A stretch of 64,000 nucleotides of DNA from the human T2T-CHM13v2.0 reference genome, Homo sapiens. The stretch lies in the NCBI RefSeq assembly GCF_009914755.1, contig NC_060933.1, one strand, 5' to 3'. Within the stretch, counting starts at the first letter, position 1. Each line of letters opens with the position of its first letter. Positions 33,103-48,665 of the stretch are shown in pieces. The translations under genes and the position numbers were made by a program. The notes beneath the pieces were generated by a model. It worked only from the letters and a program-made list of their open reading frames with translations, made no database searches and was not told the origin of the DNA.

Positions 33103-34744
33103 AGTTGTGATTGATACTAAAAATAAAGACTGCATTTTAGCTGGGTGAATAAAATACAAAATCAAAACAAATCATCATAGCCCCAAAAGACAAGCTTTTG
33201 CATTAATTTTTGGTTAGAAGCCTTCTAGTAATGTTACAGTTGACCAAAATAAGGACACCCAGTTAACAGAATCCATTTGCCATGTACCAAATTCTAAGAA
33301 TTGTCCTGGCAGGTTTAGTGAGCTCCAAGGGAAAATAATGCTTCTACCCTGTCTTCCCAGGAGCTTATTACAAGTATCAAAACATAATTTGAATGGCTTA
33401 AATATTCTACTATAAAGAAACAGTCTTAAAAAGCTAACATTTTAAATTATCTTGATTTTTAGTTTTTAGCAGTTTAACCATGATGTGCCTATGCATAGTT
33501 TACTTTATATTTATTCTGCTAAGGGCTTAACAAATTTTTGAATGTGTAAATTTCAACAAATTGGGATAATTTAAACCATTATTTCTTCAAATATTTTGTC
33601 TAACCCTTTCTCTCTGGTCCTTCTTGGACCTCCAGTTACATGTGTGTTAGATGTTTTGTCTCTTGGGTCCCTAAGGATTAAAAATCATTTTTTTCCAACC
33701 TTTTTCCTACTTTTCTTCTTTAGATGGGCTATCTATTGATGTTGCTTCAAGTTTATTGACTCTTTCTTTTGTTATCTCCATTCTGTTGCTAAGTCCATAC
33801 AGTGATTATTTGATTTCAAATATTGTGTTTTTCAGTTTTAGAATTCCTTTTGCTTTTTAAAAATAGTTTCTATTTCCCTGCTGAAGTTTCTCATTGTTGC
33901 ATTTGTTATGAACATATCTTCTTTTACCTTACTGAGCATAGTTATTATAGTTGTTTTAAAATTCTTGTCTATTCCAACATCTGAGTCATCACAGTTGGTC
34001 TCTATTTATTTTCTTTTCCTTTAAAAAACGGGCCTTAATTCTCCATTTCTTCTTTGGATTGTATCTTGAACATTGAAAATGTTACATTATGGAGACTCTG
34101 GAATATGATACATTCCTTTTGGGAATGTTGATTTTGTTTTGTTTTAGCAGGCAATTAACTTGGTAGGATTCAAACCTCAAACTCTCACTGTTAGGAATCA
34201 GGTCAAACTCAGTTTAGTTCTTTTATCTTTAGCTGGGCTGCTTTGAGTCTATACTGAGCATGCATGGATCAAGGATCAGCCAAAGATCTGGGACTTTTCT
34301 CTGACTCTTTCTGGGTTTTCCCTCTCTCTCCAGTGGCTGTGGTTTTCCTGACTCTGTCTCTGATGCATCAGGCCAGTAGACTGCAGGTTTTCTTTGGAGT
34401 TGTAGCTTCCATACGTGGTGTCAACTGTACCTAACAGTTAGGCTAAAAGCTGAAAATTGGGAAACACATCATTCCCATCTTCCAAATTTCAATTCCCCTC
34501 CAGAATCTTCCAGGTCTTTTTTCTTCCTATCCCACTCTTAAGTGCTTTCAGGAAGTTATTTTCTAAATGTAGTTGTACCTACAAGAAAGTTGGCATGATA
34601 GGAGCTCATTCAACTTTTTTTGGAAGCATAACTCCCCAGCTTTTTAAGTTCCTGGTAATTCAGATAAATTACCCCCTACCTTACACAAATCAGCAAAGTT
34701 GATGGCTTAGAGAGAAAAATAAAACTAAACACCTGCAGTCTTAG

Positions 34745-34936
<192 letters not shown>

Positions 34937-35375
34937 TAACACTGTAGTCAGGGCCATGTTCAGCATGTCTGAACTGAGCTTTGGTAGTGTAATTCTTGTG
35001 CCGGCATTCTAAGATCCTCAAGCCTCTTTTGTTTCCATCCAGAAGTTGGGAATAGTTTATCCTAAATCCTAAAGCACAGCATTTTAATTCTGCTCTACTG
35101 ACCCTAATAGTAGGCTTTATTTGTCTTTGCACTAGGCATAAACCACGTGCTCTTTGTAGCAGCTTAAGTGATGACTGGCCAGCTGAGAGCTCTCCTACCT
35201 TTTCTGCTCCCTTCTCTAGGACCAACCTTTTCCCTGGACATGCGTAACAGAGAAAGAGCAATTTGGGATGGATTTAGACAGGGGATATTTTTAAAGCAAT
35301 AGAAAGAATAAAACAAATAGAAAAGATTATGCTCAAAATGAAATTTTATGTCATTCTAGTTCAGAAGTTACTCTT

Positions 35376-36312
35376 CAGCAGGAGTCAGCAAACTTTAACC
35401 CACAGACTAAATCCAGCCCACTATCTTTTTTTAAACAGCTTTATAGAGATACATTTTTTATATTATAATGTTCAACTTTTTAAAATGTAAATTCAGTGGT
35501 TTTTAGTATATTTACAGAGCTATGCCATCATTGCCATAATCTAATTTTACAACATATTCATCATACCAAAACAAACCTTGTACCCATTAATAGAAACTTC
35601 CATTTTCCAATCATCCTAATTTCTGACAACCATTTATTTGCAGTTGACCTTAAACAACATGGGGGCTAGGGGTACTGACCCTTCTCGCAGTAGAAAATCT
35701 ACATATAATTTTTGACTCTCCAAAGACTTAACTACTAATAGCCTTCTGTTGACGAGAAGCCTTACCAATAACATAGTCAATTAACACAGAGACTAGTATC
35801 TGTATATATTTTATGCCTTCATGACATACCTTTTTCTTAATTTTTTTGGTATTTCTAGGCTACACAGTTTGTCTGTGAGTTTTTTCAAATTATCCTAAAT
35901 CTCCAAAAAATTTTCCAATATATTTATTGAAAAAAATCCACATGTCAGTGGACCCATGCAGTTGAAGCCTGTATTGTTCAAGGGTCAACCATATCTTCTG
36001 TCTCTGTAGATTGCCTGTTCTTGACATTTTATATGCTGTAAACAAGATTGTATAATACGTCGTCATTTGTGACTAGCTTCATTTGCCACACCTTTTTTGA
36101 GGTTTATCTATGTTGTGGCATGTATCAGTACTTCATTCCTTTTTTATTTCTCACCATCTGTTATTATAAAGAAAAAAATTTTGGATCACAGCCACCTCCA
36201 TTCATTTATAGTATGTCGTCTGTGGCTGCTTTTGTACTACAAGGGCAGAAAACATGGCTTGCAAAGCTGACTGTATTTGCTCTCTTTACAGAAAATGTTT
36301 GCTATCCACTGT
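35376..36312. mobile_element. nested stack: MER58A-like > L1M fragment > Tigger2a-like (35641-35989)
   Basis: MER58 ends at 35376-35430 and ~36160-36312; Tigger TIRs cagttgacctt...aacaac and ttgttcaagggtcaac. Confidence 0.7.
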
Positions 36313-37987
36313 CGTAGAATATACTTTTTAAAATTAAAAGAAGCAGACATATGTATTTTCAAACTTAATAAATATGTATTGCTTTTTCAATCATATAAAT
36401 ATAAATGCCATTGAAATAAATACATATCCAGTGAAATCTACACTCACAATAATACAGCTATGGCCTTTTTTTCTGTTACTTTTGGAAATCAGAACAAATA
36501 TTGGGAGTGGGGGTGGGATGCCAGTAAGTGTTTTCTCAAAGTCCTTAAACTTTATATTTTTTCTTCTTTTGCCAAGCCTGGACTTTACTACAGGGCAGGA
36601 ATCAGGGAGTGGTTAGAAAGGGAAGGAAATGCCATGGGGCTACTAGGGGATTGTATTGAACGTGGGCAGCTAACAAGTTTAAGGATTTGAATTTTGTGCT
36701 TTGTTCCTTCCCGTCTGTTCCCTTCTGCTGATGCTGCAAAAGGAGTGCATTCTGATGGGAGAATCTAAGACAGGTTAACCAGGGTGTCACTAGGGCTTTC
36801 AGAGAGTAGCTCCCTTCCCAGATTCCACTTTAGCCCAGCACATCCACCTTCACCCCCACCCAGCTTCAGAAAATACAAGGGGACGATGAAGGAAAGAAAT
36901 GCTTTAAAAGTGTCAAAACATGTTTTTCAATTCCTATTCAAATAGCTACTTAGGCTGAAAAACTTGGCACGTTTTCCATAATCTTTCCAAGTTTACAGAT
37001 ATATCAAGGAATAACCTTGTAAGTATTAGACCTCTTTCCCTTCTCCTCCACACCTTTACCCATTTCATTCTAGGCCTGAGAAGTAGGATATCAGTATAAA
37101 ATATCATTATTGACCCCGCCTCTTCCCACCACCGATAAGAAACAGTCTGTAGTTACTGCTGCTCTGAGGGCACCTCTATCGCCTACATTGTTTACTGAGT
37201 GTTGGACAATTTTCAAACATGTCTCACATTCAATTACAAATAGTCCACAGTTCCCTGAGTCCCTATGGTTCAGAATAAAATTGGTATATTTCAGGGTTAT
37301 TCATTCTCTACTGTGTAGATGTTAGGCAAGAAATCCTGACACCATTACCTTTATTGACACTACAGACATTTTTCCTTCTTTCAATATTGGCAGCAACATT
37401 TTTGATTTGGCTGTTGAGTGGATACTGATTTGGGGAAGTTATATTTCACTTCTTTGATGTACTTCTTTTGTGAGCAACTTTATTCACCTTTTCCTCTTAG
37501 TTATCTGCTATTTGCAGACTTCCCAATGAATGAGACATCTCTCGTATATCTAAACTGAGGTCAATGCTGTTGAACAGCAATACCATGGGGTTATTTGATG
37601 AGTGGAGGAAGAACTAGTTTTTTGTTTGTTGTATTTTTGTAATCATTCATGTAAAAAGAAAGAGGGGGATTGAACAGCAAAGTCTAGGGGAGATATGGCC
37701 ATGATAATCATTTTAATATTGAGACTGTTCCTCCCTGGTCCATGAAAGGAGCACAGCCTCATGGCAAAGAGCGTGGACTCTGGATTTATAAAGATCTGAG
37801 TCTGAATCTGGGCTGTGAGCCTCTGTCTCCTCATCCATAAAATGGGAGACCACAATATCATCCACATCACAGGTGTCTTATGTGATGACAAAACAGTAAA
37901 ATATTTGCAAAGTTCTTGCCCGGTGCATGACTTACTAAAGTAGCTATTTTTATTATTACTACTGCTGCTGGCTCTGTTAAATATTAG

Positions 37988-38236
<249 letters not shown>

Positions 38237-39312
38237 TGATAGATACCATTCAGTGCTTTTATCCTCCTAGGCTAGTGTGTTGTTGGCTTTGATAAAATGC
38301 CCTATTCCTGGAGAGGCAGAACTGACTCACTGCAGCCTCACTGATTTCTTCTGTTGGCCAGTACTGCTCTGCATGGTTGGGAATATGCCTCCTGGGGAAC
38401 TGACAGAGCTGGGTGCCAAGGATGGCACACATCCTGCAGGACTGTCCAGCTGGTATGGGGAGAAGTACGTGTCAATCTGTGCAAAGCTTTGCTCTCGCAG
38501 TGTCCCCATATCTCTAACTACTCATATCAGGAGAGTAAGGTGGTGTTGCAACCCATGAATCAGCAGATTTACGTGCTACCAAGTGCAACCAGGACATGGA
38601 GTTTTGATGACCGGTCCACTCCTATTACGCTCTTTGGAGCAGCAGTTTAGGGGAGCATAGAAGAGGAGAGTTCCCCAGTTCTGAAACTACAATCCACGGG
38701 ATCCCTTAGGTCTGAATGCATTCATTGGGTTTCTACCCACCTCTTCCCTTTGCCTTCATTGCTGATGCTCACCCATGGTCAGGTAATATCACAGCAGTTA
38801 TTTTTTGTTTAAAAGGATCAAGCTACTTTTCGAACATGCTTTCCTTCTCTCTCCCAACTATACCAAATGCAGCAGAGACAGGAGCCACCCCAAATTTCTC
38901 TTGTGTTGAAAGTGATCCTTAGGATATTGATGTATTTTTTAATCTAAAAATTTAGAAATACTTATTATCCTATTTTTCTATCAAAGATGACCAAAATCAG
39001 CTTGACCAGAGGCAGGTATGAGTGACCTTCTGAGGGAGGAATATGTAGAATGTACCATTACTAGGGTCCACGTTTCAATGTCCCTGATTCCACTCAAACA
39101 ACCCATCAGGTAGAAGAAGCCAATTGATGGCTTCCAAAATCTTATTGGCTTTTTCATGAGTTAATGAAAGTAATGGCTACTATTTAGTAAGGTTGGCCAT
39201 AACTATATGTAACTTCTTACTTAACATTGCCTAGTGTCTCTTTTTTTTGGCGGAAGTGGGAACTGGCTGGGTGAAGTTAAGTAACTAAGGAATTGGTCAA
39301 AAATGGCAAAGA

Positions 39313-39610
39313 GGCCAGATACGGTGACTCATGCCTGCAATCCCAGTGCTTTGGAAGCCTGAGGTGGGAGGATCACTTTAGGCCAGAAATTTGAGACCGG
39401 CCTGGGCAACATAGCAAGACCCCATCTCTTAAAAAATAAAAAAAGAATTAGCTGGACATGGTGGCATATACCTGTAGTCCCAGCTACTTGGGTGAGGTGG
39501 GGGGATCACTTAAGGCCAGGAGTTTGAGGCTGCAGTGAACTATGATCACTCAACTGCACTCCAGCCTGAGCCAAGGAACAAGACTTTGTTGTCTCTCAAA
39601 AAAAAAAAAA
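39313..39610 (+). mobile_element. AluJ
   Basis: Dimer; aaaaatggca on both flanks. Confidence 0.88.
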
Positions 39611-40032
39611 TGGCAGAGGTCCATCTCTCTTCAGAACCCTGGATTTTTCCAGTACTCCCCACTTGACAGCCTCTCAAACACTTAGGAAGTCACTTTGTCC
39701 TCCCACGCAGCCATCTCTGTGTTAGATAGGAAAGGAACAAATCTTATGAGGAGGAGTTTAAAAGAAATCATGCTTCAGGTGTCTTGCTTGTAAGTGTTTA
39801 CCCCGTACTCCTAAACACACAAATACAACAGCAGGATCTGACAGGGCATCAATCCAAAATAAACTTTCAGGGCTACTACAATAGCTTTGGAAATAAGCCA
39901 ATAATTATATTAGCATTACATTTAGCTTCTTGATCTCTCCTAGGAAACTTCTTATTAAACAATGAGATGGGGTCAATGTTATGGACCTTTGCGTTTATGC
40001 CTCCCTAGAAGTTTTTATTTTTTTGTATTTGA

Positions 40033-40221
<189 letters not shown>

Positions 40222-40949
40222 TGATGCATTATGTTTTTGTATTGCTGCTTCTAGACAGAAATGTATGCGACCACTAAAATACCTTTGGGGTAATTTCCAG
40301 GATAGTAAGCCTTTAAAAAATTATATGCATGAAACTAGAGTGAAGAAATTAAGAGTATGAACTGTGGAGTCACACAGCCCCAGGTTTGATTTTGTCCCTA
40401 ACAGCTCATAATCTTGTGGGTGGCCTTGACCAAATGAAGTTACCTTTTTGAGTGTCTCTGTATTTGCAAATGAAGCATAATTTAGGTACCTCTTAGGGTT
40501 ATTGTGAAGCCTTGTTAAACACATACAATACTTGGAGTTGTGTCAGGCACAACATATCTGGTAGTGATTATATTTCACAAGAAGGTTAGCATTGCCGTTG
40601 TGACTTCCTGTTCATTATTGTAGAGAATTATTTGGAGAATCCCTATTTTGAGGATTACTCACTTAATAAGAAGCCCAGGCTATGCTATATAATTAACATG
40701 AATGTCTTTTCACATTCAGGGCTGTGGGCATTTTTCCTGCTATAAATTAGTATTTCAAAATTCAAATTAATCTGAGTGTTTGTGTGTAGATTTGTGGCTT
40801 GAGTGGAAGAACTAAAATGGAGGTAAGTCCACGTTAACTTGGCTGGTGTACGTAGCTACAGCAAGGAATTTTAAATCCGCAAGTTACTTAATCACCTGTT
40901 TAGACAAGAATACCTAACAGCTCTCTGGCATATATTCTAGGAAAGATAC

Positions 40950-41143
40950 TAGGCTAAGATTACTTGTAATTTCTGATACATTGTAAATGCTCTGTAAATA
41001 GTTGCTATCCTGTATTGTTTAGAGAATAATGAGAAGAAAAAAAGTCTGTACATGTTCAGACACAATTTGTTTTCTGAATATTTTTGATCCACAGTTGGCT
41101 GATCCACAGATGTGAACCCACAGATACAAAGGGTCAACTTTAT
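40950..41143. mobile_element. MER2/MER8-like TcMar-Tigger fragment
   Basis: gtctgtacatgttcag...gatccacagttgg...aacccacagatacaaagggtcaact terminus. Confidence 0.65.
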
Positions 41144-42159
41144 ACAGTAGCACACATTGTAAGCACAAATCTTAGTATTAAACCTGGATCTTCTGACTCC
41201 AAACCCAGCACTATCTCTTCTGGACCATTTTGCTTTCTGAGTCTCTTGTGTTACAGAGGAGGAGACTGTGAGGTGACCAAAGTTGATTTGTATTTGGCCC
41301 CCTTTCGTTACTTCATTAGTAATCTCTTGGGAGATCTCAGAGGTAACTTCTATAAATGAAATGCTGTAAATACTCAGAACATAATCTGTTTTTTAAAGGC
41401 CAATAACAACAGTAGCGTAAATGCAACCCCATAGATTTGGATTCTGTGCCCTGAGAATCCATATGAACCACCTCAGAATCCTCCTTCTTATTATTACTTT
41501 TGGTTATAGGAAAGAGCCCAAATCTGTTTTATTTGGTAGAACATTCACGTGATTAAAATAATTTCTTGCATCTTGAATGTTCTTGGAAGAAAGGAAATGA
41601 TATGCAGACAAGAAAAATTACCCTACTTTTAAGCTTCTGGGAATGTTTGCTACCCATGGACATACGTCCAAAACAAACCATGTGGTGAATACACAGAAGA
41701 GTCACTGGGTCTAGTTTTTAGTTTGTAGTGAAAGACACGGCACACAACATCAATGTGTAGAAGCTTCTCCAGTCCTAAGTCACTGCTGTCTCTTTGCTGT
41801 CACATTGACTGGCAGCCATAAAATGTAAATAGCCATTAGGGAATTTAATCAATTTAATCAGCATCTTTTATTATAGTATTTACAAAAACAGATACTAGGC
41901 TTTAACACCAGTGTACAGATTGATACAGTCACTTTGGAAAACTGGCAACTTGTACTAAACCTAAACATTTACTTAGCCTGGGAACCAGCAGTTCCACCCC
42001 TAGGTATATGCTCAAAAGAATGGCTGTATTATGTTCAAAAAAGACATCTTCAAGAATGTTCAGAGCAGTTGTATTCATAGTAGCCCCAAACTGAAATTAA
42101 CTCAAATGTCCATCAACATTAGAAAGGATACACTAATCACAAATTGTAGTATATTCATA

Positions 42160-42567
42160 TGTATTAGTTTGCTAGGGTGCCATAACAAAATACTACAGGC
42201 TGAGTGGCTTAAGCAACAGGAATTTATTTTCTCATAATTCTGGAGGCTACAAGTCCAAGATGAAGGCATCAGCAGAGTTTATTTCTTCTGCGGCTTCTCT
42301 CCTTGGCTTGTAGATGGCCACTGTCTCCCTGTATCTTCACAGGGAGATTAAATTAGGACACAGGTACAGGGTCTTCCCTTTGTACTTGTGTCCTAATTTA
42401 ATCCTCTTACAAGGACACCAGTCATATTGGATTATGGCAAACCCTAATAAACTTATTCTAAATTAATTACTTCTTTAAAGGCCTTATGTCCAGATACGGT
42501 TACATCCTGAGGTACTAGGGGTTAAGACTTTAATGTGTGATTTGGGGGGAATACAATTTAGCCCATA
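42160..42567. mobile_element. MLT1 (A/B/C-like) LTR inside an old + strand L1ME (about 41900-42935)
   Basis: tgtattagtttgctaggg...ccataacaaaatac...ttctggaggct...aagtccaagat motifs. Confidence 0.75.
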
Positions 42568-43834
42568 AAATCATGCAGAGGAATGTTAAACAGTAATAAA
42601 AAAGAATTAATTTCCGCAACAGTATGGATGAATCTTGCAAACATGATAACCAGTGAAAGAAAGTACATGCTTTATGATTCCATTTATATAAAGCTAAAGA
42701 ACAGGCAATACTAATCTTCAGTCACAGAAGTCAGAATAGAGGCTACCTCTGGGTAGAGGATATTGACTGGAAAAGGGCACACAGGTGCCTTCTGGAGGGC
42801 TGGGAATATTTTCTATCTTAATCTGAGTGGTGGTTACATGGGTGTACACATAGGTAAAGTCCCTTGAGCTAAATACACTTAAGATATTCACGCTTTACAA
42901 TATGTATGTTCCATCTCAGTAAAAATGATTAAAAGGCAAAAAATAAAATAGTAGATTACTAAGAGGAAGCCTTTGTAGCAATTTTTAAACCCTTGTAGAA
43001 GTATCACAGACTGACATTAATGGCTGTAATAAAATGTGCATCTGCTGGTTTAAAGAAAGGGGTGGCCTTATTTTATCATACAAGGAAAGCATTACTTGAA
43101 CAAATTTACTTACAGCACTGCCCTCCTTTCTAGCCTAAGTGAAATGTGTACTCAGACTTATCTAACTTAATATTGGCATGATCTGCCTCCAGTTAGGGGA
43201 TACTGCTTCTTACTGGCTTTATTATCCTGACCTTGGACAACTTCCTAAGTCGTCACTTAGTCAATAGAATTTACTTTAGGCCTATTATGTTTCAGCCCCT
43301 GTTCTAGGCACTGGGAATAGAGCAGTGAATAATACAGGGGGAAAAAGACTCACCATGGAGCTTACATTCCCACAGGGAGATAAACAGTGAGCAAATAAAT
43401 AAGTAGAATGTACAGTTCACGAAAATGCTGAGTGTCTTGGAGAAAATTAAAGCAGAAATGGGGGTAGAGAATGCTGGGGCAGGGCTGGAGTGGTGACTGT
43501 AATTTTAAATAGGGTAATCAAGCCTTCCTGAGAAGATATTTGAGCAAAGACTTGAAGGTTATGTCTAAGGAAGGTGAGCCAAAGCATTGAGACAGAAAGA
43601 AAAGGAAAAATTACTGAACATTGCAATGTCCTCTGAAATCTGAAAGGTTCTGCATTGTATAATACACACTCTTGGGGAGGAAAAACAAAACGAGTTATGC
43701 ATTTCTAAGAAGGCTGGGCCAAGGGAACTATAGAGCTCATTGGAAATTCACTTCACAAACAATAACTCAGCACCTAGTCGGTGCTGGTGAACAAACTACA
43801 CAGTCTTTGCCCTAATGGAATTTAGAGTGTAGTG

Positions 43835-44068
43835 TGGTGTTTCACAACCTTTTTATTATCATCCCACTAAGGAGCTCTTTTAGAAATTGTATTCCAGAAC
43901 TCTCCCTCATCACCATAAGATTTTATTATCACAGATGTACTTTATATCTCTTTATGTACTATGGCTCTTTGGCGGGCTGCAACCCATTGTAATATCTAAA
44001 ATTTTTGCATCCTCCAAGAACCAATTTTCATTGTTTCTGGGGCGCTGTCATCCCCATTGAGAAGATGT
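43835..44068. mobile_element. MER112-like hAT element (second copy at about 49889-50123), followed by an MLT1D-like LTR (about 44070-44402)
   Basis: The two copies resemble each other (gtgtttcwcaacct ... attttaWtaYcacagatRtRct ... aagaacMaatttt ... tgagaa). Confidence 0.6.
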
Positions 44069-45027
44069 GGTCTTTGAGATGGGGAGATTGTTCTAGATTA
44101 TCTGAGTGGACCCATTCCAATCCCTTGAGTCATTCAAAGTAGAGAAACTTTCCTGACAATAGTCAGAGATGTGGTGGTCAGAGAAGGATCAGAGAGGCCT
44201 GATGTTGTAGACTTTGAAGGGATAGGAAGGAGCCTTGAGCCAAGGAATGCAGGCAGTCTCTAGAAGCTAGAAAGAACAAGGAAACAGATGGTCTCCTAAG
44301 CCTCCAGAAAGGAACACAGCCTTGCTAATGCCTTAATTTTAGCACAGTGAGATGCATGTCTGACTTCTGACTTCTAGAACTATAATAAATTTGAGTTGTT
44401 TGGCTGAAAGAGAGAGATATATATATATAGAGAGAGAATGAATTATGATCTAGAAGAAAGACCAATATCAAATAATCAAATAATCATACTACAAAGAGTA
44501 ATAACCCCTAAAAATCACCATGAAGGAAAAGTAGAGGTTCTGTGAAAGTATACAATACCTTAATTCAGTTTCTATGATAGCCACCTGTGAAATATTCACA
44601 TCAGAGCTAAGAATTAACTGGGAGAATAATGGGAGGTGGAGCATTCCTTGCAGAAGAGAGACATCCACAATCAATCTAAAGAAAGGAGGTTCGTGCTTTG
44701 TTAGTTGGATGAAGTGAAAGGTCAGTGGGACTGGAGGGTACTAGGTGAGGGGAAGAGGAGGCTGGAGAGTGGGCAGGGGCTTAATCACTCAAGGCCTGGC
44801 TGGTCACGATATGAATTTTTGGTTTTATCCTACATGTGATGAGAATCCATTGAAGGGTCTTGAGCAAAGGGGCACATTTATTTTAAGGAAGCACTTTGAG
44901 GATAATGGGTTGGGGAAGCAAAAGCAAAGCAGAGAGCTTAGAGAGCAGGTGATCTCACTGAGTCTGAGCAGAAAACTTTAAGAGGACTTTGTTGGACATG
45001 TAAAACATATCTTCTACCTCTACCTAA

Positions 45028-45264
<237 letters not shown>

Positions 45265-46948
45265 TAGATGCCAGCTGGGGATGTGGCACCAGGAGAATTA
45301 TTTTTCTCCAAATCTAGAAATTCCCTTCTCCCTGCCTCAATCCTCTACCTCAAGGTGGTGGCTGTTGCAGAGGATTCTGTTTCAGAGTATTCAAGAGAGA
45401 GTGCAGGGGGCCCCTGAGCTCTGGGGCTAACTTTCTGAAGTCACTGTGCGCTCTAGAACACAGAACCAGCTCACACCATGAGTTACTATCTATATCAATA
45501 TTTCTTTTTGGATCTCCAGTCCTGTTTTTAGTTATTCTATCTTGGCTGGTCATGGGGAAAGGCACTTGTTTATGCCATGAATATGGTAGCAGGAAAGTCC
45601 AGAGCCTGCTGGAAGGGCAGAGAGGCTTAATCTGCCTAAATCCTGGGGGTGATTGTTGCTGCTGTATTGAGTTGTTTATTCCTTTTCTCATTTCATGTCT
45701 TGCCCTGTCCTGCAGACTCTTAACACAGAGAGATTTTTGAAGGAATTTGAACCTGCAAAGTTTGGGCTGTGGCAGACTGGAATGGGCTCGGGGGAGGACA
45801 AGGACAGGCAAAGGGAGCTACAGACCCCTCCCCTAACTTCCTGAAAGAAAAAAATAATTGAACAAAATGTGACAAAATGCCAAAAGTTCATGAAAACAGT
45901 TGAATTTATTTTGAAACACAAATTACAATTATATTTGTTGTATGATAATGTAAAATCACAATTTTAAAAAGCAAAGAGCATTATCAGTGACCATGCTGCT
46001 TCAATTGGACTATTCTGTAAAAAGACCTGCCACTAACATGCTTGTAGGCAGCATGTCCTCCTCCGCCCATACCTTTGTCTTACTATGCCTATGATTTCCT
46101 TAAAATGACCCTCTATTCACTATATGGAGATAATTAAGAAAACTATGGAAAAAAAAAAAGAGAAGAGGAGGAGGGTTTTGGGCTGAATAACACTAGCTGA
46201 CCTGGGTAGACCGAATAAAATGGTATTATTACTGAGTCCTTCACATACTATTGTAGATTCTATCAAAATTCAGAATTCCAGGGATGTCAGGCTGATTTGC
46301 TGAATTGCTGTTTCCAACATCAATGGCTAGGTCTTTTGCTGTCATATGGTGGTAATAATCCATCACCTTTGTCTACAAGTGGACATCCACAAAGTGGTCT
46401 TCTAAGAACTGTTAAACACATCCCAGTTTTTTTTCTTACCAAGTAGGAATTTATCATATGATAAGGCAGAAATTTATCTTTGCAGTATCCATGGAGAAAC
46501 AGAGGCTGACTAAAGCAAATAGGTAAGGAGAAAAGAGACAGATACCATTTGTTTATGGGTGCTATTTTCAAGGACTTCAGAATGCTTCATTGTAATAGTA
46601 TGACCATTGCAAATCAGTTTTCTGGTCATTTTGAGCAAACCTCCTAAGCATCTTTTTCTCTCGATAGCTTGATTGCAATCAGTGTACATACTTGAAAACA
46701 GTAGCAATTAAATTATTCTAATTGAGTATTCCCCCAATCTGGTATTCCATATAGATTTGTGAGGTTTTATTCTACAAATGAAAAGACAAAAGCACCAGAG
46801 CAGAAATGTGTAAGTGGCACAGAAATACACACTTTAATGTGTACATTGTAACCTGGAAACATTTCAAAAGCCTAATTTTCCTCATATTGGGAAGGATGAG
46901 GCCTTGAAGATGGAATTGCCTCTCTGTTTCACTAAGACGTAGTTTTGA

Positions 46949-47209
<261 letters not shown>

Positions 47210-48374
47210 TGAGCTGGGTGGGAGGGGGAGGAAGGGGAAAGAGGAAGGAAGACCAGGAAGGGTGGTGGTGGGTGAGTGGGTGGGTGGGGATGGAGGTGGC
47301 AGGAGTTCGCTTTTGAATGGGTGGGAAAGTGACAGGAAGGCTAGCAACTTCAAGCCAAACTGTTCCTTTATTTGGGTTGGACTCCTGGTCTGTCTCCCTG
47401 GGGGAGGAGGTCTGCAGCACTCTGTAGGGACAGAGAAGGAAGCAGATGAGCCTTCAGGAAGGCAGGGCCTCCCCTAGGAGCTGGGATTTACACAGCAGCA
47501 ACTGTGCTGAGCTTCAGCTCCTGCATTTTATCACTGGCTTCCTGTTTCCATCTTAAGGGCCCAGACCAGGCTCTTGCCACAGGCATATTTTAGAAGTCCC
47601 AGTTTATTTATTTTCAAAAATAATTTCCAATTTTTCAAAGTAATTCATGGTCAGAGTCATGACATCAAATAGAATAAGAAGCTTTTATCTAAAGAACAGC
47701 ATTCTCCTGCTCCACCCTCCACCTCCCAGTCCTGCTTCCTATAGGTAGCCACTTTCATCTCCTTAAGCTATTTCTTATATTTACCTCCCTTTTCTAAATC
47801 AGTGGTTCTCAAACCTAAGTGTCCATCAGAATCACTCAGAGAGTTTGTTAAAAGATGTTTCTGGGCCTCGTCCCCAGAGTTTCGGATTCAATGGTTTTGA
47901 GGTGAGGATGGGGCCGGGGTTCAAAAATTTGCATTTCTAGTAGGTTCCCAAGTGATGCTGCTGGTCCTGGGTCCACACGTTCTAGATAACATGTGTAAAA
48001 TTACTTCTGGACTTCTCAGTGGTGTTTGGTATTGACTGGCCTTCTATTGCGTTAATTAACTCTGTGAAGCCTCCTTGATGCTAACCTGACCTCCAGCTTT
48101 CTGTTACCCAGGTACCCTCCATTGAAATACTGGAGTGATCTTTTGTAAGGTTCCATTCCTGGTTCTTTGAATTGTTCACTGTGTATAACCATTCTGTTAC
48201 TCTCTCTTGGTCAGTACTTTATACTTTCAACTTCATATATATTTGATTTATATCACCTAGGAAAGTAAGAATTATCATCTTCCCTATTTTACAGATTGAA
48301 AAGTAGAGACTCAGAGTACTTAATAACAGTAAGATGCATCACCATACTAAATCTTCGGGCTTCATATCTTTGTC

Positions 48375-48665
48375 TTTTAGAGCCAGGATCTTGCTCTGTC
48401 ACTCAAGCTGGAGAGTGCAGTGGTTTGATCAACACTCATTACAGCCTCTATCTCCTGGGCTCAAGTCATCCTCCCACCTCAGCTTCCTGAGTAGCTGGGA
48501 CTACAGGCACACCACCACATCTGGCTACTTCAAAAAATTTTTTTTGTAGAGACGGGGTCTTGCTTTGTTGCCCAGGCTGGTCTTAAACTCCTGCCTCAAG
48601 CAGTCCCCCAGCCTTGGCCTCTCAAAGTGTTAGGATTACAGGGATGAGTCACCACTCCCAGTCCA
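48375..48665 (-). mobile_element. AluJ
   Basis: Antisense dimer, J motifs. Confidence 0.85.
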
